A DNA stretch of 64,000 nt from an uncultured Clostridia bacterium. Lineage in GTDB: Bacteria; Bacillota; Clostridia; Oscillospirales; Oscillospiraceae. A model generated the notes under the pieces. It saw only the letters and a program-made list of their open reading frames with translations. It was not told where the DNA came from and did not search any database. Numbering within the stretch: position 1 is the first letter of the stretch; each line of letters begins with the position of its first letter. The translations under genes and the position numbers were made by a program. This document shows positions 36,727-46,646 of this stretch, in pieces. The stretch lies in assembly GCA_945948185.1 (NCBI GenBank), contig CAMFAL010000001.1, forward strand, positions 95 through 64,094, read 5' to 3'.

Positions 36727-38163
36727 TCAGTTCAGAACGCCGAAGCGGACCGCCCACACATAAGTCCGGTAAGCTGTAAACAGGTCATGCTTCGCGGTGG
36801 TCACGGCGTCCCGGGCGGACTCCAGCTCATCCCGGGCCGAGAGATAGTCATTTTGAGAAACCGTTCCCTGCTGATACTTCAGCTCCACGGACCGGAACGT
36901 GGCCTCCTGCAGGTCCAGCGCGTTCTCCTTGGCTTTGAGGATCTGCCGGTAGTCCTTCACAGCGCCGCAGCAGGCCCGGAACTTGGCCTCATAGGATTGG
37001 ACCACCGCCTCATAGTTGTACTGGGCAGCCTGCCATTTGTGCTCGGCAGACTTCCGCTGATATGTATTTTTTGCGTAGTCACTCTTGGCGTCCTTGTACT
37101 CCTCCTCGGCGTTCTCCAGGGCGGCCCTGGCGGCATAGAGGTCATAGCTCTTCTGCCGTGCCTCGTCCAGATCCGCCTCGTAGCTGATGGCATCCACCTG
37201 GGCGTCCGTGACATCCGGCACCTCGGTGACGGTCATCTTCCCGGTGATCTCCGCACCCACCATCATCTCCAGCTGGACGACGGCGCTCTCCATGCTGCTG
37301 CACAGGGTATCCAACCCGCTCCGGAGCTGGACGCGGCCGCTCTTGACCTGCTGCAGCTGCAGCGCGGAAATCTGGCCCATGGAGTAGCGCAGCTCCATCT
37401 CCTGAACCGTGCGGTCCATGGCCTCCAGGGAGCGCTCCAGTCCCGCCTTGGTGTTCTGCAGTTCCAGTACGGTGACATACAGGGACTCAGCGGCGATGAC
37501 ATACTGGTCCTGACCGTTCTCCAGCTGCCGGATGCCATCCGCCGCTTTCTTCTGCGTCATGCCGCTGCGGATGTCCGCGATGGCGTCCTCCAGAGACTCC
37601 TTGGAGGAGCTCAGCGTCCCCAGAACGTAGCCTGCCAGCAGCTGCGTCAGCCGGTCGTTGGCGTCCTGCACCATGGTGAAGCCGCCGTCCGGCCCAACCT
37701 CCACAGTGCCCAGGCCCTGCATCAGGGCCCCGATGCCGTCGCTCATATCCTCCAGGGAATCCAGCTGGTCCTCCAGCTCACTGCGAAGCTTGCTGTAATC
37801 GGTGGCCTCTACCGATTGGATGGTCTCTTCCAGGGCCAGCACAGACAGGTTGTTCTCCCGCACCTGCTTTTCCAGATTGGCGAAGGAGAGCTGCCCGACG
37901 GGGTCCGGCTGCCGCACTGACAGCTCCGGATTGTAGCCGCCGGTGGTGATCCCCTCCCCCGCGACGGGTGCGGTTGCCTCTCCGGTGATCCGTGCATCTT
38001 GGGCGGCCTTCTCCGCGGGGTCTGCCGGCGTTTCCGCCGCTGTCCCCGTCTGCGCTTCCGCCGTCACCGTATCATCAGCCTTGTCTCCCGCGAAAGCCGC
38101 CGTCGCCAGCAGGGAACCTCCCAATGCCAGCACCAACATCCACGCAGCCAGTCTTTTTTTCAT
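36727..38163 (-). CDS. TolC-like secreted helical protein
   Basis: Signal peptide; two repeats ELRYSMGQIS / ELKYQQGTVS resembling TolC helical hairpins. Confidence 0.75.
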   Translation of the reverse strand: MKKRLAAWMLVLALGGSLLATAAFAGDKADDTVTAEAQTGTAAETPADPAEKAAQDARITGEATAPVAGEGITTGGYNPELSVRQPDPVGQLSFANLEKQVRENNLSVLALEETIQSVEATDYSKLRSELEDQLDSLEDMSDGIGALMQGLGTVEVGPDGGFTMVQDANDRLTQLLAGYVLGTLSSSKESLEDAIADIRSGMTQKKAADGIRQLENGQDQYVIAAESLYVTVLELQNTKAGLERSLEAMDRTVQEMELRYSMGQISALQLQQVKSGRVQLRSGLDTLCSSMESAVVQLEMMVGAEITGKMTVTEVPDVTDAQVDAISYEADLDEARQKSYDLYAARAALENAEEEYKDAKSDYAKNTYQRKSAEHKWQAAQYNYEAVVQSYEAKFRACCGAVKDYRQILKAKENALDLQEATFRSVELKYQQGTVSQNDYLSARDELESARDAVTTAKHDLFTAYRTYVWAVRFGVLN

Positions 38164-38783
38164 ACTTCTTCACCTCTCGCCGGTTCTTGTTTCAGGCTTC
38201 CGTTCTTCAAAATATTCAGCCGCGCCATCAGCTCCCGCCGGCAGTCCGCCGCATGCTCAGGCCGTGCCATGGCGTCGGTCATGCTCATCACCAGTGCCAG
38301 CAGAGACATAATAAAGGTCTGCTCCGCGATCTGCGCGTCCCGGAAGCGGGCCACGTCCACCCGGTCCCGTACAGCCTCCCACAGGTAGGGGCCCAGCTGC
38401 TTTTCCGCGATCACCTGCACCAGGAGCACCGGATTCAGCCGCAGGATCTCCATCCCCCGGAGAAACAGCGGATCCAGGTCCTCCTGCCGCAGCACGCGGT
38501 CAAAGCACCACACCTGCACCTGGAACATATCCCCGTCATGCTGCTCCAGGGCCTGGCCGTATTCCTCCATAAAATGCCCCAGCATGCTTTTCTGGATGTA
38601 GAAGAACAAGTCCTCCTTGTCCGAAAAATACTGGTAAAAGCTCCCCCGGGGGATCTTCGCCCGGCGGATGATCTTGTTGATGGACGCCTCCTCAAAGGGA
38701 ACGCTGGTGAATTCCTCCCAGGCCGCCTCCAGAAAGCGGTTCCGTTTTTCCTCCGGCAGCCGGAGGAAAGTCTCTGTACACAT
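38160..38783 (-). CDS. TetR-family regulator
   Basis: SINKII..AKIPRGSFYQYF.DKEDL. Confidence 0.93.
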   Translation of the reverse strand: MCTETFLRLPEEKRNRFLEAAWEEFTSVPFEEASINKIIRRAKIPRGSFYQYFSDKEDLFFYIQKSMLGHFMEEYGQALEQHDGDMFQVQVWCFDRVLRQEDLDPLFLRGMEILRLNPVLLVQVIAEKQLGPYLWEAVRDRVDVARFRDAQIAEQTFIMSLLALVMSMTDAMARPEHAADCRRELMARLNILKNGSLKQEPARGEEV

Positions 38784-38797
38784 ATCTGTCCCTCCAA

Positions 38798-38861
38798 ATG
38801 ACAACCTGTCATTTTATGACAAGCTGTCATTTATTATATGCAGGACACCATGGCGTGTCAA
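38798..38861 (-). promoter_or_regulatory. Consensus promoter with two tandem TetR operators
   Basis: TTGACA-17 bp-TATAAT (38861-38833); ATGACA-N3-TGTCAT at 38798-38812 and 38816-38830. Confidence 0.88.
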
Positions 38862-38938
38862 TCTCCGCCGCCCCCTTGTTCCCGTTAATTTTTTGTAAAT
38901 AAAACCGGTGTGCCGTTTTTCAACAGCACACCGGGTCT

Positions 38939-39328
38939 TTATCCGCAATCCAGTCCGTATTCTTCCCGCCAGGCCGCCAGCTCTTCGGCGTCCCGGTCGT
39001 CCAGGCTGTGGAGACCGCCCCGGGCCTCCATGTGGTGCGTCAGCTCGTGGGACAGGGTAATCCGCAGTTCCTCCTGCCAGACCTGTTCATCCCAGTCCTC
39101 CCGCTCCGCCAAGGCAGCGAAGGAACCGTAATAGAGGTTGATGTACCGGCCCAACAGGTCATCGCAGTACTCTCCCAGGATATACATCTCTCCTTCGGGG
39201 AACTCCGGGTCAGGGACGGTGTCCTCCAACAGGCTGACGCCGCCGTTGAGCCCGTCGAACAGGGCCTGGGGAAAACGTTCCGCCATCTCGTCCAGGGTCT
39301 CGCCCACCTGATCGAAGGTCAGTACCAT
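38939..39328 (-). CDS. Minimal zincin-like metallopeptidase
   Basis: HELTHH (HExxH) in a 129-aa acidic protein. Confidence 0.8.
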   Translation of the reverse strand: MVLTFDQVGETLDEMAERFPQALFDGLNGGVSLLEDTVPDPEFPEGEMYILGEYCDDLLGRYINLYYGSFAALAEREDWDEQVWQEELRITLSHELTHHMEARGGLHSLDDRDAEELAAWREEYGLDCG

Positions 39329-39331
39329 GCC

Positions 39332-39985
39332 TTAACCCTCCCGGATGACCCGTTCCAGTTCCTCCACGGTATCAGCCAGGGAATCGGCGCCGGCCTCCAT
39401 GAGGGACTCCCGGGAACGGAAGCCCCAGGTGACACCGCAGGTGCGGGTGCCGGCGTTGTGTCCGGTGCGGATGTCCACACTGCTGTCCCCAACAAACAGG
39501 GTGGCGGCAGGGTCCGCACCCAGCTCCTTCATGACGCCCTGAATCCCGGCAGGGTCCGGCTTTACCGGGACGCCATCCAGCTTGCCCCGGACAAAGTCGA
39601 ACACACCGGGGAAATAATGCTCCACGATGGCCCGGCTGAACTCGTCCGCCTTGTTGGAGTAGACCGCCATCTGTACGCCCGCGTCCTTCAGGCGGGCCAA
39701 CAGCTCCGGAATACCCGCATAGGGAGCCGTCTTGTCCATGTTATGGGCACCGTAATACTGGCTGAACTGGGACAGGGTATTTACCACCAGCAGAGGGCTG
39801 CGGAAGCCCGCCGGGGAGAATTTCTCCACAAAGTTGGCGATGCCGTGACCCACCATGGCCTTGCATTCCTCCACGGTATGCTCCGGCCAGCCGTTTTTCC
39901 GGCAGACCCAGTTGGCCGCTTCCGTCAGGTCATCAATGGTATTTAAAATCGTTCCGTCCAAATCGAAGATCACAGTCCGATACAT
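39332..39985 (-). CDS. HAD-family phosphatase
   Basis: FDLDGT, SNK, KPDP and GDSSVD. Confidence 0.93.
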   Translation of the reverse strand: MYRTVIFDLDGTILNTIDDLTEAANWVCRKNGWPEHTVEECKAMVGHGIANFVEKFSPAGFRSPLLVVNTLSQFSQYYGAHNMDKTAPYAGIPELLARLKDAGVQMAVYSNKADEFSRAIVEHYFPGVFDFVRGKLDGVPVKPDPAGIQGVMKELGADPAATLFVGDSSVDIRTGHNAGTRTCGVTWGFRSRESLMEAGADSLADTVEELERVIREG

Positions 39986-40115
39986 AGAGGCACCTCTCGT
40001 TTTCTACAAGCAATATCGTTATTGTATCAGTCTGCCACAACTTCCACAAGTGGTGAAGAAACACAAAGGTGCGGCTTTCGCCGCGCCTTTTTTGGCTGTT
40101 TTCTGCACAAACCGT

Positions 40116-40934
40116 TCAAATACGGCACTCCACCGGACCGTCCGGTGTGAGGATGGTGCTTTTGTCAAAGCCCGCCGCCTTGGCCAGGGCGACGGAATCG
40201 CCGTAGCCGTAGAGAATGGTATCGGCACTGTGGCTATCGGAGGTCAGGATGATCCGTCCGCCCATGGCCCGCCATTCCTTCAGCAGGAACAGGGCCGGAT
40301 AGGGGGCATTCCGGTAGCCCCGGGCCATGCCGCCGGTATTGATCTCCAGCAGCGTGGCGCTCGGGTCTGCCGCGTGGAGGGCCTCCAGCGCCGCCTTTTC
40401 ATAGCGGGGAGACGTTTCATCGAAGAACCGGTTCCCGGCGTTAAGCTTGGTAATGAGGTCCATGTGGCCCAGAATCGTGGGCTTCATGGCCGCCACCCGG
40501 CGGACCTCCTGAAAGTAGCCCTCGGCCACCGCCAAAGCGTCGCCGCCGAATGCCTCGTCCCGGCAGGCGGTAAAGGCCCCCTCGCCCCAGTCGGCGGCGT
40601 AGGGCTTGCCGTTCTGCCGCTGGTAGTGGGCGCTGCCGATCCAGTAGTCGAAGCCCTCCGGCGTGATGTCGGACTGGCTGTCCCACTCCAGACCCAGCAG
40701 CACCTCCATCCGCCCGGCGTATTCTTCCCTCAGTGCCAGCACGGACCGGCGGTAATCCGTCATATCGGCGGGCAGGACGTAGCCCGCGTCCAGATCAATG
40801 GGCGTGTGGCTGTGGCAGGAGACGCCGAAGTACTTGACGCCTGCCGCGTATGCGGCGGCGGCCATCTCCGCCAGGGTGCTTTTTCCGTCGCAGCAGGTGG
40901 CATGGGTATGGACGGAGCAGGCAAAGGGGGTCAT
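40116..40934 (-). CDS. hisK: PHP-family histidinol-phosphatase
   Basis: HTH..CDG, GSAH, GHMD, EINTG and SDSH; last gene of the his operon. Confidence 0.85.
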   Translation of the reverse strand: MTPFACSVHTHATCCDGKSTLAEMAAAAYAAGVKYFGVSCHSHTPIDLDAGYVLPADMTDYRRSVLALREEYAGRMEVLLGLEWDSQSDITPEGFDYWIGSAHYQRQNGKPYAADWGEGAFTACRDEAFGGDALAVAEGYFQEVRRVAAMKPTILGHMDLITKLNAGNRFFDETSPRYEKAALEALHAADPSATLLEINTGGMARGYRNAPYPALFLLKEWRAMGGRIILTSDSHSADTILYGYGDSVALAKAAGFDKSTILTPDGPVECRI

Positions 40935-41566
40935 TGCATCCGCTCCTGCTTCACCTTGTGGTCCACCACATGGCGCTTCTCCAGCTCCCGGGTGATGTCC
41001 TCCACGGTAATGCCCATCTGGACCATCAGCACCATCACATGATAGCACAGGTCGGCGATCTCATAGATGGTCTCCTCCTTGTCCTCCTTGCGGCCGCCGA
41101 TGATGACCTCGGTGCACTCCTCGCCCACCTTCTTCAGGATCTTGTCCAGGCCCTTGTCAAAGAGGTAGGTGGTATAGCTGCCCTCTTTGGGGTTGGTCTT
41201 GCGTCCCTCGATGAGGTGGTACAGTCCCTCGTAGCTGAACTGCTTCAGTTCCTCAGAGAGATAAATTTCATTGAAGAAGCAGCTCTCGCTGCCGGTGTGG
41301 CAGGCGGGACCGTCTTTGACAACCTCCACCACCAGGGCGTCGCCGTCGCAGTCGGCGGTAATGGAGACAACGTGCTGGACATTGCCGCTGGTGTCGCCCT
41401 TGCGCCACAGCTCCTGGCGGCTGCGGCTCCAGAAGCAGGTCCGCCGCTCGTCGATGGTGATGGCCAGGCTCTCCTTATTCATATAGGCCAGCGTCAGGAC
41501 CTCCTTGGTGTAGTGGTCCTGCACGATGGCAGGAATGAGTCCCTTTTCGTCAAATTTCAGTTCCAT
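40931..41566 (-). CDS. hisIE: Bifunctional PR-AMP cyclohydrolase / PR-ATP pyrophosphatase
   Basis: DCDGD, ACHTG..SCF and KKVGEE. Confidence 0.96.
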   Translation of the reverse strand: MELKFDEKGLIPAIVQDHYTKEVLTLAYMNKESLAITIDERRTCFWSRSRQELWRKGDTSGNVQHVVSITADCDGDALVVEVVKDGPACHTGSESCFFNEIYLSEELKQFSYEGLYHLIEGRKTNPKEGSYTTYLFDKGLDKILKKVGEECTEVIIGGRKEDKEETIYEIADLCYHVMVLMVQMGITVEDITRELEKRHVVDHKVKQERMQ

Positions 41567-41583
41567 ACTCTTTCTTTACTCCC

Positions 41584-42339
41584 TTATATCCGCATCTCTA
41601 CGCCACGGGCGCGCAGGAAGCGTTTGAGTTCTTTGATGTCCACCTGCTTGGAGTGGAAAATGGAGGCCGCCAGACCCGCGTCAACGCCGGGATGGGTGAA
41701 CAGCTCGGCAAAGTGCTCCATATTGCCCGCGCCGCCGCTGGCGATGATGGGCACACTGACCCGGGAGGCCAGCTCGTCCAGCATCTCCAGGTCAAAGCCG
41801 GTTTTCACACCGTCGGTGTCAATGGAGTTCAGCACGATCTCGCCCGCGCCTGCCGCCACGCCGCGGGCCGCCCAGTCCATGGCGTCGATGCCGGTGTCCT
41901 CCCGGCCGCCCTTGGCAAACAGGCGGAACTGCCCGTCCACCCGCTTCACATCCATGCTGAGCACCACGCACTGGTCGCCGTACTTCTTGGCCGCCGCGCC
42001 GATGATGCTGGGGTCGGCGATGGCGCCGGAGTTGACAGACACCTTGTCGGCGCCGCATTTCAGCACCCGGTCGAAGTCATCCAGCGTGCGGATGCCGCCG
42101 CCCACGGTGAGGGGAATGAAAATCTCACTGGCGACCCGGCGCAGGATATCCGTGAACAGGTTCCGGCCCTCCACGGAGGCTGTGATGTCGTAAAACACCA
42201 GCTCGTCGGCACCGGAGGTATTGTAAAAGTGGGCCATCTCCACCGGGTCCGCCATGTCGCGGAGCCCCTCGAAGTTGGTACCCTTGACCACCCGCCCGTC
42301 CTTCACGTCCAGGCAGGGGATGATGCGCTTGGCTAACAC
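41584..42339 (-). CDS. hisF: IGP synthase cyclase subunit
   Basis: RIIPCLD, GADEL and IASGGAG. Confidence 0.97.
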   Translation of the reverse strand: MLAKRIIPCLDVKDGRVVKGTNFEGLRDMADPVEMAHFYNTSGADELVFYDITASVEGRNLFTDILRRVASEIFIPLTVGGGIRTLDDFDRVLKCGADKVSVNSGAIADPSIIGAAAKKYGDQCVVLSMDVKRVDGQFRLFAKGGREDTGIDAMDWAARGVAAGAGEIVLNSIDTDGVKTGFDLEMLDELASRVSVPIIASGGAGNMEHFAELFTHPGVDAGLAASIFHSKQVDIKELKRFLRARGVEMRI

Positions 42340-43052
42340 GCGCCCACCTCCTCAATCACCGTTTTCAGGTCCAGACGCCCGGTGTACAGCGCCTTGCCCA
42401 GAATGGCGGCGTGGGTGCCGATGGCCTGCAATTCCTTCAGTTCTTCCAGAGAACTGACGCCGCCGGAAGCCGTCACCTTCAGGCCCTCGATCTTCGCCAG
42501 TTCCCGGTACAGTTCCAGGTTGGTGCCCTTCTCCGCGCCGTCCCGGCTGATGTCGGTATAGATGACGGTGCTCACGCCCGCCGCGTACAGGCGGCGGCAG
42601 AAGTCCACGCCCTTTTCGGCGGACAGCTCCTTCCAGCCGTTGACGGCCACATAGCCGTCCCGGGCGTCCACCCCCACGGCGATCCGGTCGCCGTAGGTTT
42701 GGGCCATGCGGGCGGTGAAGTCGAAGTCCTTGACGGCAATGGTACCCAGGATGCACCGGCCAACGCCTAAGTCGAGGTACTGCTTGATGCGCTCCTCGGT
42801 GCGGATGCCGCCGCCCACTTCGATGTACAAGCCGCCCTGTTTCGCAATGGCGGCGATGGATTCAAAATTCGCCAGAGTGCCGTCCTTGGCGCCGTCCAGG
42901 TCCACGACGTGAAGGTATTTGGCCCCCGCGGCAATAAAGTCTCTCGCCACGGCGCAAGGATCCTGGCCGTAGACGGTCATTTTGTCATAATCGCCCTGGT
43001 ACAGGCGGACCACCTGTCCACCGGACAGGTCGATGGCGGGAAATATCTGCAT
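42333..43052 (-). CDS. hisA: ProFAR isomerase
   Basis: PAIDL, HVVDLDGA, GGGIR and TDISRDG. Confidence 0.96.
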   Translation of the reverse strand: MQIFPAIDLSGGQVVRLYQGDYDKMTVYGQDPCAVARDFIAAGAKYLHVVDLDGAKDGTLANFESIAAIAKQGGLYIEVGGGIRTEERIKQYLDLGVGRCILGTIAVKDFDFTARMAQTYGDRIAVGVDARDGYVAVNGWKELSAEKGVDFCRRLYAAGVSTVIYTDISRDGAEKGTNLELYRELAKIEGLKVTASGGVSSLEELKELQAIGTHAAILGKALYTGRLDLKTVIEEVGAC

Positions 43053-43064
43053 GGCGGTCCTCCT

Positions 43065-43676
43065 TTACAGTTCAGCGAAAGCGCGCAAAAGCCGCAGTCC
43101 CGCGTCACCGGATTTCTCCGGGTGGAACTGGGTGCCCCAGACGTTGCCATTGCGCACCGCGCCCGTCACCGCCACGTTGCCGTACCGGGAGGCGCCCAGG
43201 GTGCTGGCGGCGCAGTCTTTCGCGTAAAAGCTGTGGACGTAGTAGACGTACTCCCCGTCCTTGAAATACTTGAACAGGGGGTCGTCCTTCACGATTTGCA
43301 GGCTGTTCCAGCCCATGTGGGGAACTTTCAACGTCTGATCCTCCAAATCGCCCCGGAGGTCCACCACCTGACCGGGCACCAGGCCCAGGCCCGCGTGCTC
43401 GCCGTACTCAAAGCCCCGGTCAAACAGCAGCTGCATCCCCAGACAGATGCCCAGAAAGGGTTTTCGCTCCGCCTCCTCCAGAAGGACGGGCACCAGCCCG
43501 GTGTCGTCCAGCTTGGCTTTCGCGTCGCCGAAGGCTCCCACGCCGGGGAGGATGATGCGGTCGGCGGCCCGGAGCTTCTCCGCGCCCCGGGTGACCTCCG
43601 TCTCCAGGCCCAGGGCCTTCAGGCTGGAGGACAGGGAAAACAGGTTCCCCACGCCGTAATCTACGATTGCTATCAT
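43065..43676 (-). CDS. hisH: IGP synthase glutaminase subunit
   Basis: PGVGAF, GICLGMQ and QFHPEKS. Confidence 0.96.
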   Translation of the reverse strand: MIAIVDYGVGNLFSLSSSLKALGLETEVTRGAEKLRAADRIILPGVGAFGDAKAKLDDTGLVPVLLEEAERKPFLGICLGMQLLFDRGFEYGEHAGLGLVPGQVVDLRGDLEDQTLKVPHMGWNSLQIVKDDPLFKYFKDGEYVYYVHSFYAKDCAASTLGASRYGNVAVTGAVRNGNVWGTQFHPEKSGDAGLRLLRAFAEL

Positions 43677-43692
43677 GGTATCAACTCTCTTT

Positions 43693-44280
43693 TTAAAGAG
43701 TACCCTTGGTACTCGGGATATCATTCAGATGCTTTTCGTCCGGTGCCACCGCCATTTTCAGGGTCCGGCCCATGCCCTTAAAGACCGCCTCCAGGATGTG
43801 GTGAGTGTTCTCCCCCGCCATTTCCCGGATGTGGATGGAGGCGGGGCAATTCCGTACAAAGGCCAGCCAGAATTCCTTGGCAAGCTCTGTGTCAAAGTCG
43901 CCCACCTTCGCCGCAGGCAGATCCACCGCCCAGCCCAGATAGTCCCGCCCGGACAGGTCGCAGGCACACAGCACCAGCGTCTCGTCCATGGGCAGCAGGA
44001 ACTGGCCGTAGCGGGTGATGCCCCGCTTGTCGCCCAGGGCCTGGGTAAAGGCCTGGCCCAGGCAGATGCCGATGTCCTCCACGGAGTGATGGTAGTCCAC
44101 CTCGGTATCGCCGCGGCAGGTAACGGACAGGTCAAAGTCGCCGTGGCGGGCGAACAGCGTCAGCATGTGGTCCAGAAAGCCGCAGCCGGTGGCGATCTGG
44201 GATGATCCGGCGCCGTCCAGGTTCAGAGTCAGTTCAATTCGGGTCTCCTTCGTGTCGCGCTTGATACTGGCGGTACGCAT
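43693..44280 (-). CDS. hisB: Imidazoleglycerol-phosphate dehydratase
   Basis: FLDHML, HHSVED, PMDE, HHILE and PSTKG. Confidence 0.97.
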   Translation of the reverse strand: MRTASIKRDTKETRIELTLNLDGAGSSQIATGCGFLDHMLTLFARHGDFDLSVTCRGDTEVDYHHSVEDIGICLGQAFTQALGDKRGITRYGQFLLPMDETLVLCACDLSGRDYLGWAVDLPAAKVGDFDTELAKEFWLAFVRNCPASIHIREMAGENTHHILEAVFKGMGRTLKMAVAPDEKHLNDIPSTKGTL

Positions 44281-44292
44281 AGGCTCCCTCCT

Positions 44293-45357
44293 TTACACTT
44301 CTTCCAGCAGCCGGGCAATCTCGTCCACCAGAGCCGTCATCTGCTCCAGGGAGCCGATGGTGATGCGGACGTAGTCCCGGATGCGGTCGGCATCAAACCA
44401 GCGCACCAGAATGCCGTTCTCCTTCAGCTTCCGGTACAGCTCCCCGCCGGGAAGTTTGTCGGACTTGGCGAAGACGAAGTTGGCCTGGGAGGGCAGAACG
44501 GAGAAGCCCAGCTCCTCCAGCTCCCGGACCGTCCATGCCCGGTTGTTCCGGATGGCGCCGGCACAAGTCTGGAAGTAGGCTTCATCCTCCACGGCGGCAG
44601 CGCCGGCGATGATGCTGAGGCGGTTCACGTTGTAGGGGTTGAAGCTGTACTTCACCCGGTTCAGGGCGGAGATCAGCTCGGGACTGCCCAGGGCGAAGCC
44701 CACACGGCCGCCGGCCAGGGACCGGCTCTTGGACATGGTCTGCACCACCAGCAGGTTATCGTAGCGGTAGATCATGGGCACGCAGCTCTCGGCGCCAAAG
44801 TCCACATAGGCCTCGTCCACGATGACCACCCGGTCGGGATTTGACTCCAGCAGCCGCTGGATGTCCGCCCGGGAGACAGCCATGCCCGTGGGAGCGTTGG
44901 GGTTGGCGATGACGATGGTGCCGGGGAAGTCCATGTAGTCGTCCACGTTCAGGGTAAAGTCCTCCCGCAGGGGGATGATCTTGGCGTCCAGGCCGAACAG
45001 GGCCACCTGGGACTTGTAAAAGCCGTAAGTGATGTCGGCGTAGGCCAGGGGCTTTCCCTCACCGCAGAAGGCCCGGAAGGCAAAGGCCAGAATCTCGTCA
45101 GAACCGTTGCCGGTGATGATATTTTCGGGCTGCAGCTCATACCGCTTGGCGATGGCCTCTGCCAGTTGTCCGCAGGTGGGATCGGAGTACAGGTTCAGCT
45201 TCAAAAGCTCCGCCCGGGAGATGGCCTTCACCACCTTGGGAGAGGGCGGGAAGGGGCTCTCGTTGGTGTTCAGCTTCACATACTGCTGATCCTGGGGCTG
45301 CTCGCCGGGGGTATAGGGGGCCAGACGGCCCGCTTCTTTGGAAAGGAACTTGCTCAT
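44293..45357 (-). CDS. hisC: Histidinol-phosphate aminotransferase
   Basis: KLNTNE, GNGSDE, DEAYVDF and TMSKS. Confidence 0.96.
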   Translation of the reverse strand: MSKFLSKEAGRLAPYTPGEQPQDQQYVKLNTNESPFPPSPKVVKAISRAELLKLNLYSDPTCGQLAEAIAKRYELQPENIITGNGSDEILAFAFRAFCGEGKPLAYADITYGFYKSQVALFGLDAKIIPLREDFTLNVDDYMDFPGTIVIANPNAPTGMAVSRADIQRLLESNPDRVVIVDEAYVDFGAESCVPMIYRYDNLLVVQTMSKSRSLAGGRVGFALGSPELISALNRVKYSFNPYNVNRLSIIAGAAAVEDEAYFQTCAGAIRNNRAWTVRELEELGFSVLPSQANFVFAKSDKLPGGELYRKLKENGILVRWFDADRIRDYVRITIGSLEQMTALVDEIARLLEEV

Positions 45358-46646
45358 TGGACGTTTCCTCCTTTTTCATTTCGGATAAGTACGGACCGGG
45401 CGTGGGCCTCCAGGCCCTCCCGCCGGGCGAAATCAGCGATGCGCTCCGCCACGGGTTCCAGGGCCTCCCGGGTGTAATACAGGAAGCTGGACTTCTTTAC
45501 AAAATCGTCCACGCTGAGGGGGCTGGAAAACCGGGCCGTGCCGGAGGTAGGCAGGGTGTGGTTGGGGCCAGCGAAGTAGTCCCCCAGGGCCTCCGGGGCG
45601 CTGCGGCCCAGGAAAATGCTGCCCGCGTTTTTGATCTTCGGCAGCAGGGCAAAGGGGTCATCCACGCACAGCTCCAGGTGCTCCGGAGCAATGCGGTTGG
45701 CGGCCTCCGCCGCCTTGTCCAGGCTGTCGGTGACGATGATCTTGCCGTTGTCGTCGATGGACTTCCGGGCAATTTCACGCCTGGGCAGGCTGGCAAGCTG
45801 AACCTCCAGCTCCTGCTGTACCTGCTCCGCCAGTTCCCGGCTGTCGGTCACCAGCACGGCGGAGGCCAGTACGTCGTGCTCCGCCTGGCTCAGCATGTCC
45901 GCCGCCACCCAGGCCGGGTTGGACTTGCCGTCCGCCAGCACCAGAATCTCGCTGGGGCCCGCGATCATGTCGATGGCCACCTGGCCGAACACCTTGCGCT
46001 TGGCCGTCGCCACGAAGATGCCGCCGGGGCCGACCACCTTGTCCACCCTGGGCACGCTCTCCGTGCCGTAGGCCAGGGCCGCCACCGCCTGGGCTCCGCC
46101 GATCTTGAAAATCTTATCCGCGCCGGCGATCCTGGCCGCCGCCAGGGCCTCGGCACTGATGTGCCCGTCCCTGTCCGGCGGCGTCACCACCACGATTTCC
46201 TTGACACCCGCGATCTTGGCGGGAATGACGTTCATCAGAATGGTGGAGGGGAATGCCGCCGGGGCGCTGGGCACGCAGATGCCCACCTTTTCAATGGGGG
46301 TGTACCGCTGGCCCATAACGATACCGGGCTTGTCGGTCAGTGCGAAGTCTCTGTGGACCTGCTGTTCATGGAAGTGCCGGATGTTCTCCGCCGCCATTTC
46401 CAGCGTCCTGATAAACTCCGGGTCCAGCGTGTTCCATGCAGCCTCGATCTCGGCCTCCGTCACCCGCAGGTCCTCCAGCTCCGCGCCGTCGAACCGCTTG
46501 GTGTAGGTTTTCAAGGCCGCGTCGCCGTTGGCTCTCACTTCCGCCAGTACCGCGTCCACGGCGGCGCTGACGTTTTCCTCGGCCTGGATGTCCCGGTTCA
46601 GGATATTCTCCGGCGCCAGATCGTCAAATTTCAGAATGGGGATCAC
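45354..46646 (-). CDS. hisD: Histidinol dehydrogenase
   Basis: GGAQA, AGPSE, SQAEH, APEHL and GDY.AGPNHTLPT. Confidence 0.95.
   Translation of the reverse strand: MIPILKFDDLAPENILNRDIQAEENVSAAVDAVLAEVRANGDAALKTYTKRFDGAELEDLRVTEAEIEAAWNTLDPEFIRTLEMAAENIRHFHEQQVHRDFALTDKPGIVMGQRYTPIEKVGICVPSAPAAFPSTILMNVIPAKIAGVKEIVVVTPPDRDGHISAEALAAARIAGADKIFKIGGAQAVAALAYGTESVPRVDKVVGPGGIFVATAKRKVFGQVAIDMIAGPSEILVLADGKSNPAWVAADMLSQAEHDVLASAVLVTDSRELAEQVQQELEVQLASLPRREIARKSIDDNGKIIVTDSLDKAAEAANRIAPEHLELCVDDPFALLPKIKNAGSIFLGRSAPEALGDYFAGPNHTLPTSGTARFSSPLSVDDFVKKSSFLYYTREALEPVAERIADFARREGLEAHARSVLIRNEKGGNVQ

Noticed and set aside
32329-37920. 1863-aa plus-strand ORF
   Set aside because: Antisense shadow of the RND/MFP/TolC-like genes caused by high GC3; no motifs. 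The same applies to other long antisense ORFs (e.g. 6160-7953, 16340-18424, 49808-51745, 53349-55109).
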